From the NCBI GenBank assembly GCA_026936335.1, contig JAPMXV010000051.1, forward strand, positions 434,001 to 498,000: DNA of 64,000 nt, written 5' to 3'. The position numbers were made by a program, and so were the translations under genes. Shown piece by piece: positions 1 through 10,881 of this stretch. This stretch comes from Mantamonas sphyraenae STR306. Its lineage: Eukaryota; Protista; CRuMs. Within the stretch, counting starts at the first letter, position 1. The number at the start of each line of letters is the position of its first letter. The notes beneath the pieces are model-generated. The model searched no databases. It saw nothing but the letters and a program-made list of their open reading frames with translations, and was not told the DNA's origin.

Positions 1-72
1 ATTGCCAGACCCGCACGCAGCCCTTGTCTCACACCCGTGGCCCCTTATTGCCGCACCGTACACACCCCACAG

Positions 73-3000
73 TCTGGCAGTCGCCCTATGTCGATGTGTT
101 CAAGTTTGCCCACGTCTCGGACGAAAACGCAAAGAATGTCGTCCGTGACGGCGACTGCGCACAGGTTTTGGTACGAAGCGCGCCAAAAACGCACAATCCG
201 TTCTCCGTTTCCCTCAGCAGCCACGCTCACACACGCCTCCTGCTTTCCACTTCCCCACAGGACTCGCAAATCGGCAAGAAGGTTTTCCGCATGGTTGGAT
301 CCATTCCTGCCGCCAACTCGCTCCAGTTCCCCAAGAAGCGCCACCACGTACTCGGCTGCACTGGTCGCTTCCTCTATCTCCAACTCCGCTTCAGCGAAAA
401 GAAGTTCTTTGTGCTTCACATCGACCTGCTCACCATGGACAACATGCCCGTCAAGGTCTCCCTCAGCAACTTGTACAAGCAGGTCAAGGTGCGTGCTCCC
501 GCTGCCTGCCCATGCCCACGTGGCCGTCCCTGCTCACTCACACCGTCAATTTTGGCGCGCTCCATTTCCCGCAGACAAACTCGCAGCTTGTGCAGATCCC
601 CTTCACACCCGAGTCCAACCGTTGGTCGGTGCTCACCATTGATGCTGCCAATCTGCTCGACGAGTACCTCGGGGCCAGCTACAAATGCCTCAAGAGCATG
701 CAGCTGTGTTCGCACATGTCTGTGCGCTCGGTGCTCTGCTCCGACATCCTGTTTCGTCCCGACGCCATCCCTCGTGAGTGCGGCCTGCCTCTTAAGCGTG
801 GCACCCGCTTCGAGGACAAGTACGACTTTGCTTGTCTTCCCGAATCCTCCCTGGACCTGTTTGACGAACCCGACGACAAACTTGTCGTCCGCGAACGCGA
901 AGATGTCGTCCCTGCACGTTCCCAGAACGCACACATCTCCTCCTCCTCTTCGCAGGCCTCTGCAGACGCCATCGACATCCCCGTCGCCGGCAGCGACTCC
1001 CGTCCATCCTCCAGTGGCGGCAGTACTGTCCAGGGCTCAAGCAGCGGTCGCCCGGCCTCCAGCTCCGCTGGCACTAAGCGCCCCACCACTGCTTTGACCA
1101 AGCGTCGCAAGAACGGCAAGGGGCCTAGCAGAGCCGGTGATAGCAGCTCCGCAAAGTCCAAAGAGGCTGCATCCCGCCACCATGCGCGCGAACTCCACGA
1201 CATCCTCGCTCCACTGCTGGAAAAGGTCGACCAGGATAAGGTGCGCGCTCGTTCTTTCCTCCAACCCGACCCCATCATGAATCTCAGTCGGTCCATCGGC
1301 TTCTCGGGCGAGTTCCCAGGAAACCTCACCTGGTCGCTCGACGGCAGCGAAATCCTGTACACCAGCGGCTCCACCGTGGTCAAGATGAACCCTCTCACGG
1401 GAGCACAGTCATTCTTTCATGGACACACTGCCCCCGTGTGCTGCATGATCAAGTCGCCCGAACACTACCTCCTGGCAAGCGGCCAGTCCGGAAAGCAGCC
1501 CATTGTAAGTTGGCATGGGGATCGATCGGTCGATCGGTTTGGTGAGAGGGTACAGCGGATGGGATTGTGTGAGAGTGGCCCCAGAGAGCAATGGTGACGG
1601 GAAAAGAGTGAGGATGGCTCACACCGCAGCATGCAGATTCGCATTTGGAACTACCTCAACGGCGAGTGCATGTCTGTCCTTAAAGCCCATGCGCACAGTC
1701 TGGAATGCATGGCGTTCTCGCCCAATGGCAAGCTGCTGGCTGCAGTGGGCAAAGATCAGCACTCGCGCCAGATGATTGTTGTGTGGGACATCACACCCAT
1801 CGGCAAGGGAAACCAACCCATCAAGGTCGCACAGCAGATGTCCGAGTATCACATCTCATGCATCAAGTTTCTGTCATGGGAAAACACACAGGTGGTGACC
1901 TGTGGTGCGCACAACGCACGCCTCTGGCGCATCAAGGATGGCTCCCTCCGCGGTTGCTCTCTGGGACTGCGCGAGCACGCCAAGGTCCATTTCACCGACG
2001 CTTGCTTTTCCGGCAGCGAAGACACGTCTGATCGCCTCATCTTCATGGCCACCACCGTCGGCTCCGTCTACCAGTTCTCCTTTGAGCGGCGTGCGCTCGA
2101 GTGCATCTACCAGCTGCACGAAGACACCATCAACAGCATCTACATGAACAAGGACGTGTGTGTCACTGCTTCCGACGACAGCGTGCTGCGTGTGTGGCCC
2201 AAAGACTTTCAGGACATCAAACACTGGACCGAGGTGAAAGGCGGCATCAGCTCCGTCGACGTCTGGAACGAAAGCCAGGTGCTCTTTGGCACAAAATCGG
2301 GCGCCATGGGCATCATGGACATGTCTTCGCGTACCGTGCAGATGATCATGCGTACGCACTTTGACACCATCTACGACTTGGCGTTGGATCCGCACAACCG
2401 CGAGTTTACCACCGTGGCTGGCGACGGCACCATTCGCGTGTTTGACCTCGACTCATTTGAACAGCTTGGAGAGTTTGACTTTGATGGCCAGGTGCCCTTC
2501 TGTGTCACGTACCACCCGACTGCCTACATTCTGGCGTGTGGGTTTGACAACGGCGATGTGCACATCCTGGACATTGCCAACACAACGCCGCTGGAGCAGT
2601 ACAACAAGCACGACGGTGTGGTGTTGGACTTGGTGTACACACCCAACGGCGAGTATCTTTTTTCGGCTGGTTCGGACGGCAACATCGTCATGTACGACGT
2701 GGCCCAGGGTCATTTGCCTGTGAAGAAGCTTATCTGCAACTCGCCGGGCATCGACCACATGTCGCTCACCGTTTCGTACGACGGAGAGTCGCTGGCATTT
2801 GTGGGAGTCGATCCGAAGTCCATCATGATCTTCCATGCAGCTACGCTTGCTGAAAAGGCCAAGATTGAGTGCTACACCGAGTCAGGCATCTCCCTCATCC
2901 AGTTTTCCAAGTACTCCAACGAAATCTTTGCCACTACGTTTGACAACGAGTTGCACGTGTACGACGTGACCACGGGGTCGCTGGTGAAGCAGATTGTGAG

Positions 3001-5689
3001 TGATGTTGGGTTATTGTCCACCCGCTGCGCGTCCCCCCCCGCACACCTGACTGACGCACATCTGACGCACCACTTACGTTTACCACAGCCGGAAATCCAC
3101 CAAGGAGTGTGCTCGTCGTTCATTGTGAGCGACAACGGCAAGTACATTGTGAGCGGTGGCTCGGACAGGCTGTTGAAGATTTGGGGCAACGAGTCGTTCG
3201 AGATGCAACCGTTCAGTGGCTACCAGACGTTTGTGGGACACTCAGGCGAGGTGACCAAGTGCTTGTTTACAAATGATTCGCAGCAGGTGGTGTCTGTGGC
3301 CGGTGATTCTGTGTTCATCTGGGACCTGCTGGCCGACTCGCACATCAAGTCTGGTGAGGAACAAGGACAAAGCTCCACAGCTCAGGGCGACGGCGCAGGA
3401 GGGTCGTTGAACATGTATGAGGACGAGGGAGAGGTGACGGACGACGAAGATCCGCTGGACATGTCGTCGGCGACGGTTGTGCAGCAGGACAGCGTAGAGG
3501 ACGCGGCAGAGGACGACGAGGATGAAGAGGATAGGAACGGCGAGGGCAATGCCAAAGAGGCAGGGACGGCGTCGGGGGAGAGCCGTCGACGCAGCAGCGG
3601 CACGAGTGCCGGAGGAAGCAGCAGTGGTGCAAGCACGGCACGGGAAGGAGGAAGCAGCAGCAGCAGCAACAGCAGCAATGTCAGTGGCAGTGGGTCTATG
3701 GGTGCAGGAAGCAACGGGGAATCCAACAATGTGCACAAGGAGTACCAAGCTCGCCGTGTGCTGTCCAACGTGGCCACGACAAGGTACCTTGCGTTGCCGG
3801 ACTATGCAGCGCTGCAACTGGACAGCGTGATTGGGTACAACGGCAACGGACGCAACAACATTGTGTGGGCGCCGGATTCGGGCTTGTTTGCGCGCACGGC
3901 AGATGCGGTGCTGGTGGTGGAGGACCTGGAGAACCGAGATCAGCTGCTGATGATGGGGCACGTGGACGACATCTCCACGCTGGCACTGAGCCAAGACGGA
4001 TCGATGATTGCCTCTGCAGCTGGGAGTGCACAGTCGTCGACGATTGCGGATGTGCGCGTGTGGGACGCCAACATGGGCGACTGCCTGCAGACGTTGGTGT
4101 TCCACTCGGCAGGAGTGCAGGCGATGTGCTTTGACGAGAGTGGTCAGTTGCTGGTGACGGTGGGCAGTGCCGATGAACGGACACTGTTGATCTGGAACGT
4201 GCAGGACGGCACGGTCATGGCGTCGGCGGAACTGGATGCTCCGATGTACAGCATCGCATGGACGGGCCCCACAGAGCTGGTGTCTGCAGGCGAGGACGGC
4301 GTCACTTTCTGGCTGCTTGACGAAGACTTTGCATTGAAGAAGCAGACGCTTGCAGCGCCGGCCAAGGTGAAGGGCACTGCGTCGGGGCTGGCTCTGGACG
4401 CAGAGCAGTCGCTTGTGTTTGTGGGCCACTCCAAGGGCGAGGTGTCTGTGTGGTCGAGTGCGTCGAACGAGTTTGTGACGAGCTGGCAGGCGGACCGCAC
4501 TGAGGTGAGTGTGCTGTCGGTGCTGTCGGATGCGCTGCTGGTGACAGGTGGTGCGTCGGGTAGCCTGCAGCTGTGGTCGCTTCAGGACTGGGAGCGTCCG
4601 TCGCTGGTGGGCCACCTGATGATGGGTGCGCCTATGGTGGCGGTGCAATTTGACGCGGCGTCGTGTGAAGGGATCGTGGGCACGAGCGATGGGACGATCT
4701 GGTATGTGAGCTGGGGCGAGCATGCTACCATTCCGCTCGTGCGTACACACAGCAAGCCTGTGCGCTCGTTGGCGTATGACCCGGAGCAGCAGTTTGTGGT
4801 GAGCGGGTCGGACGACGGCTCGGTGCGTGTTTGGACGGCCGACTCGATGCAACAGCTGATGCAATTCCAAGTTGCGGATGCAGGCGTGACCAGTGTGGAC
4901 TACCATCCCACGGATGCGCTGTGTGCGGCGGGATACTCGGACGGGACAGTGCGTCAGTACAACGTGGCGGACGTGCGTCTGCAGAGCAAGTTTGCAGTGC
5001 ACAGCTCGTCTGTGCAAGCAGTGTGCTACGCTTGTGACGGGGATGTGATTGTGAGTGGGAGCAGCAACGGCCAGGTGGTGTTTTACGATTCGGTGACCGG
5101 CGATGTGTTGTCGGAGATCAACAAGACGGACGTGGACACGGGCGACGCGGTGGGCATCCTGCAATTGGAGGTGTCTCCGTTTGATCAGAACCTGGTGCTG
5201 GTGACCTGTGCGGACGGGGCATTGGTGTTGCTGCGGTTCAACTTTGACAAGACGACTGTGCGCGTGCTGGACGAGATCCGCTTCTCAAACACGGTAGAGG
5301 AGAAACAGGCGGGTGCATGGGATGACACGGTGCGTGTGCAGGCTCAGGCTGCGTTTTCGCCTGTGGAGAAAGATGTGCTGCTGTTTGCCGGCCCTGCGGT
5401 GCCGGGTAAACTTGTGTTTTTCGACTTTGCCAAGCAACAGGTGGTGCGTGCGCTGCGTGTCCACCAGCCCGTGTGTTCTCTGACGGTGTCTCCGAGTGGC
5501 TACTACATTGCGGTGGGCACGTCGGAGCGTCTGGTGACGCTGCTGGACTACGAAGAAGGCACGTTTCAGGATTACGTGGCCCACGCAGACTACGTGGGCA
5601 CGGTGGTGTTTTCGCCCGACAGCAAGCAGCTGGTCAGCTGTGCGGGAGCAGGTGGGGGTGATCTTGTGTGCTGGAGCATTGTGGAATGA
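73..5689 (+). CDS. WDR90: WDR90/POC16 centriolar protein (N-terminal CFAP20-like domain plus many WD40 repeats); 5'-partial
   Basis: N-terminus WQSPYVDVFK...VFRMVGSIPAANSLQFPK...LGCTGRFLYLQLR...VSLSNLYK matches the WDR90 CFAP20-like domain, followed by many GH...WD repeats. Introns: 171-260, 489-574, 1505-1636, 2996-3088. The window opens inside an upstream intron ending cacag at 72. Confidence 0.9.
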
Positions 5690-5731
5690 AACGGTGGAGG
5701 AAACAAAAAGAGGTTCATTGCGCAGCACGGT

Positions 5732-7209
5732 TCACTCCTCGGCCTCGGCCTCGGCCTCAGTCTCCTCACTGGTGGTCGTGGTGGTGGTCTCCTGATCACC
5801 GCTGTCCTGCTTCTTGGACCACTTGTCGGACAGGTTACCGTTGACATCAATGTTCTTCTGGGCCTCGGAAGCGCTGGCAACCATGGGGCGGCCAGCAAGG
5901 TCCATGGGGGTCATATCGGCCAGAGGCTTGTCGTCGTAGATGACGGGGCCAATGTTGCCCTCGGCCTCCTTCTCGCCATAGTTGGCAAGAGCCTTGGCCT
6001 TGATGCCGCCTGCGTTGGATTCGTAACCGCTTGCGTTGGAGCCAGTGTCGTAATCAGCGCCGCCAGCCTTCTTGAGCAGCTTGCGCAGCTTGTCCTCGGC
6101 GAGGTCGTCGAGGTCATCGGCACGCACCTCGATGTGGAACTGACCCATGACGCCGGCGACGCCGTCCTTGTGGATGGACACACGGCCCTTGGCCATGCCG
6201 CCGACGTACTCGCCGACCCAGGTGATAAACACAAACTTGATGCGGCGGGACTCACGATCACCGTCGATCAGGCGCAGGAGGGCGTACACGACCTTGTCCT
6301 CGGCAAACTTGGTCATCAGCTCCTCGTGGCCTCCAGTGCCCTTCTCGTTGAACACAACCGTGTTCTTGGACTCGTAGCCAAAGGTGCACCTGTGGAGAGG
6401 CAAGGGCCAGGTGTGGTTGTGTGCGTGTGGTGTGAGCACAGTGTTGGGGATGGTGGCCAAGGAAGAAGGAGTGGGAAATCGAAGGTGCGCTGGAGGGTGG
6501 GCCTTTTTTTTTTCCAAGGACGAGACGACGCCCTGGCAGACGGCCGAAGAGGGATGTGCATGCAGCGTCGAGGTAAAGGGGTGTCCAGGAGTCATATGAA
6601 ATGCCTGGGCAATGGAGGCTGAAGGACAATGTTCGGGGCCTGCGGTGGATGGACGGGAGTGTCCGAGGAGGGTGGAGGGTGGCAGAGGGGAAGAGGGCTT
6701 TTTGGCACGGCAAGCTGGGCGGCCGGGGTCAAGCCAGGCCCAACACGGACCCAGGAGACGGTGATGGGCAGTGTGACAGTGCACACAGGTGGGATGAAAC
6801 AACATGCATGCAGGGGCGTGTGTTGGACAGGCATGCACGGCATGCATGCCGAGGAATGTGGAGCAAAAGAGACTGCTCGCAACGGCTTTGCTCGTTTTGC
6901 TCGTGGCGGAGTTGACACCTGGAGCAAGCGCAACGGCGAGGCTGGGACGCAGCGCAAATCCACAGACCACTAAAACACAGGGGAAGGAGGCAAGGGGTGG
7001 GTGACAACAGTCAGGCAACGTCACAAGCAACGTACCAGTCCGTTTCGGTGGTGTCGTCCTTGACATCAAGGACGGCGTCCTTCATCGCGGGGTCGCTCAC
7101 GTCACACTGTGCTCGAGCGAGGCAAAGAAGGCAAAAAGTCACGCGTGCGGTGTAAGTCCTCGGCGGCGCTGTGCTGTGCCTACGCGTGCCGTTCGTGTAC
7201 ACTCACCAT
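5732..7209 (-). CDS. COTL1: Coactosin-like ADF-H actin-binding protein with a C-terminal extension
   Basis: Spliced product M|CDVSDPAMKDAVLDVKDDTTETDW|CTFGYESKN...YALLRLIDGDRESRRIKFVFITWVGE...KKAGGADY has the coactosin signature. Exons: 7209-7207 (ATG only), 7106-7036, 6389-5732. Confidence 0.88.
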
Positions 7210-7412
7210 TGCGGTCTTGAAAGGGGAAGTTGGGTGGGGTGACGCTTTCAAGTCTCCGCATCGGCAACCCACACACAACCCCTTGAGGGGCCTTTCCCTG
7301 TGGAGGCGCAAAGATGTCAAGATTGCAACCAAGCAGAGTTTCCATTTGCACAAGCCCCTGGAAAGGAGCTCGAGGCTCAAGGCAAGTCAATATTGGTCTG
7401 ACTGTTGGCGTC

Positions 7413-9168
7413 ATGGTCGTGCAGCTGAAAGATGGGCGGGTGTTGCTATTGATATTGTTTGTAATATCTGTGACCTCGATGCTGATTGTGTTGCTTCGTC
7501 CGTCCGGGCAACTGGAGGGAAAGTGGTTGCTTTCGGAAAGACTTGCTGGAAACAAAACCGGCCGCTGGCGCAGTGACGACGGCTCATGCCCCAAATGCCC
7601 GAAGGAGAAGGTTTGTAAGAAGTGTGAGGTATGCGAGGTGTGCCGCAAAACGATATGTCCGACGGTAGAGCCCTCTGAAGGCCATGTAGACTTCGATCCG
7701 ACCTACCATCGAGCGAGGGGTGCGGTTGGCCGCAAGCACTGGGCGTGCAGCATCCAGAATCCGCATGCTCTGTTGTACAAGAATCTGGGAAAGCATGAAA
7801 TCGACCTTCTCGAAGCGTGCAATGCTTTTGAGATGCGAGAGTGGACTGAAAAGCGCCATTTGCCCGGCGTTGTGAACCCGACCACAGCTTGTACGTTCCC
7901 TCCTCCGACACCTTTGCCAAATGGTGTGCCGGGGATGCACGTTCCATCTTACCTGCCTTATCATGTGTGCTGAACGCACAAGTGTGACGCGGACACAAGT
8001 GCTGACCCGGACGTGCTTATTCGACTCACTGCAGATAATATGGCCGCCCTGTGGCACGAGGACTTTGACGACTGCGCCGTGCATCACTTTATGGTCATGG
8101 CAGGCGACTTGGTGGGCAAGAAGCCAATTGAGTGGGGGGCCTATGTGCTGAGCGCGATGTACCACGCCACGACACCACAGCGTTTTCACATTGCCACGGA
8201 CGACAAGGGCATGGAAATTTTTAGAACCATCCTCAACGATCCGGCGAGCAAGTTTCAGCACATGCCCTTTGCGCTGTTCTCCTTCTACTACGTGTTTGGG
8301 CCCAAGAAAGAGTTCTACTCTCCAATCGCCGATTGGCCGTGTGAGCACTACTCTGGCCCCTACTCTCTGCCACTCGTGTACCTCGATCGTTTTGTACACA
8401 CTCAATACGCACTGACGATTGGGGCAGGTAAGTACACGCAGAGAGCGAGCTGAGACCAGGGCGCCGAACCTCCCATCGCTAACGCTGACGTCTCTGTCAC
8501 AGACCAGTTCTGGATGGCCGATCCCTGGGATCTGTGGGAGCTAATAGATAATATGAAGGAGACAGACTGGTTTGCAGCGCCACCGGACATGTAAGTTTGC
8601 CGTGGGGCGTGCCTCTGACGCAGAGCATCCGCTTACAGCCGCCGTCGTCTGTGTGCGCGCAGTTCAAAGTGGTACCAGCTTGATCCAACAAAAATCTGGC
8701 CTGGAAAAGACTTTGGGTATCAGGGACAGGTTCTGAGCAATCTGACGCTGTGGCGAATGGAAAACTTGGAACATATTGTGCTTCAGTCCCTGAAACGCGT
8801 CAGTGCCGAGCGTGGACAGGAGCAGATGAAACTGCAATTAGCGGACATGGACATTTCCAACGCGCTCATTGAGCACCACCCGACGCGGTTTATGCGACTG
8901 CCTCTGACCTACGGTTTTATCTATGCCGGTTGGCACATGAATGCGGAGCTGCTCAATGCCCACACCGACCCACACGGATACTACCCCAAGTTGCGTCGGC
9001 CTGCACAGCTCTTTCACCTCAATACGCAGTTCCACCGCTTCGAAGGATGCCGCATCCAAGAGATCTTCCGCGACGAACCCTTCAAGTACGACAAGGCCCA
9101 CGTCTACCTCAAGGTCTGGCAAACGTTTCGCTCAGCTGATCCAACTCACTCTCGTCAGTGCCCCATGA
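7413..9168 (+). CDS. Type II membrane GT8 glycosyltransferase resembling the LARGE xylosyltransferase domain; 3' end uncertain (no in-frame stop as assembled)
   Basis: N-terminal TM (VLLLILFVISVTSMLIVLL) and a Cys-rich stem. Then HYSGPYSL, ADPWDLWE, SKWY...WPG, LADMDISNALI and LFHLN, which parallel LARGE HYSGIYGL, TDIAELW, SDWY...WPA, LADQDIFNAVI and VIHWN. Introns: 7891-8034, 8428-8502, 8591-8662. End placed at the nearest out-of-frame TGA (9166-9168). Confidence 0.7.
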
Positions 9169-9392
9169 GCATAGCTGGTCACTTTCGTGGATCCCTACAT
9201 GCCGTAAAAAAAGTCCCAGCAAGTTGTCCAGGACCTCCTCTCTTCATCCACTCACTCCTCAGCATCATGCTGCCCCCTTTGCTCTTGATTTGGATGCAGT
9301 GCTGTGACATGGATGGTTTCCTGTCGAACTGCGCTGCATCGGGCAACGTCTCTACTGGCCAGCCCGACACCCACGTCTGCTCGACCCGCACC

Positions 9393-10841
9393 ATGTCCAA
9401 GAAGAAGCAGACCAAGATCGGCAACTATGCACTGGGCGAGTGCATCGGCAAGGGAGGCATGGGCTCTGTCTACCGTGCTCTGGACTCCACAGACGGCAGT
9501 TTCGTGGCCATCAAGCAGGTGTCCCTGAAAAACGTCCGCAAAGACCAGTTGGCGCCCATCATGGTACGTTGTTTTGCAGCACCCTACTACATGCCTTGTC
9601 CTCCGTTTCCATTCCACCGCCTTGTGTATTTGCGTCCACCCCTGCCACTGCTTCCGCTTCGCCTTGTGTCTGTCCAGCCCTTGTGCGTCAGAATCCCCGC
9701 CCTCTGTCCGCCCCATTTGGCCTCCCAGAATTGCTCGCTCCTGACCTTTTGCCCCGCACGCCCCTGCAGATGGAAATCGATTTGCTCAAGAAGCTCAAGC
9801 ACAACAATGTGCTCAAGTATCTCGGATACGAGCGCACCAAGGACAACCTGTACATCGTTCTCGAGTATGTGACCGTTCTTTCGCGCTGTCCTTTTCGTGT
9901 GCTCCCGCTTCCCCGCTTCCTCCGCCTCCCCGTCGCCTTCCAACCATTACCCCCCTTTCCCGGGGCTCGCTCCTCCCGCACACTCCCGTCGCCACGCTGA
10001 CTCACCGCACATGGTCAACTTCCCACCACCGCATCTGCTCAGATACATCGAGAATGGCTCGCTACAGGGCATCCAAAAGAAGTTTGGCAACTTTCCTGAA
10101 CCGCTGGTTGTCGTCTACATCACCCAGGTTCTCGAGGGTCTCGTCTATCTTCACGACCAAGGTGTCATTCACAGAGACATCAAGGGGGCAAACCTCCTCA
10201 TCACCAAGGACGGAAACGTCAAGCTTGCCGATTTCGGTGTCGCCACACAGCTCGACGGTGCTAACCCGGACGAACCCGACGTGGTCGGCACTCCTTACTG
10301 GAGTAAGTGTGGTCACGGCCCTTTTTCGTTGTGGCCCACGCGTTCCCTTTGCATTCTCTGCTTCCCGAGCTGACCACCCGCTGACCACCTGTATTTCCAC
10401 CACCCCCGTTTGCGTCCTACACACAGTGGCTCCCGAAATCATTGAGCTGGCGGGACCATCGGTGCAGTCGGACATCTGGTCTGTGGGCTGCACGGTTATT
10501 GAACTCATCGACGGCCAGCCGCCCTACTTTGATCTTGCACCCATGACCGCGCTGTTCCGCATTGTACAGGATGATCATCCACCCATCCCAGACGGATGCT
10601 CTCCTGCACTGAAAGACTTTCTCATGCAGTGCTTCCAGAAGGACCCCAACCTGCGCATTACCGCCAAGCAGCTCATAAAGCATCCCTGGATCCAGCAGAA
10701 CCTGAGGAAACACATCCACGGCGACGACGAGGAGGAAGTTGCGCCTGTAGAGTCGAGCGGTGGCAAACGCTACTCTTTAGCCAATGCAGCACGCATGGTA
10801 ATGAAGGAGAACGCCGTGGTGGCTGCGTTTAGCACTGCCGG

Positions 10842-10881
<40 letters not shown>

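Noticed and set aside
171-3088. Odd peptide insertions in ORF-track proteins (for example WDR90 VRSAPKTHNPF... and VSDVGLLSTRC...; CCDC42-like VRTIRTSMR...)
   Set aside because: These are stop-free introns of length 3n with GT, branch point and AG, not inteins or novel domains.
3242-5164. 640-aa antisense ORF in WDR90 and many similar overlapping ORFs (for example 11992-13188, 53258-54541)
   Set aside because: The same GC and codon-bias artefact; no recognisable domains.
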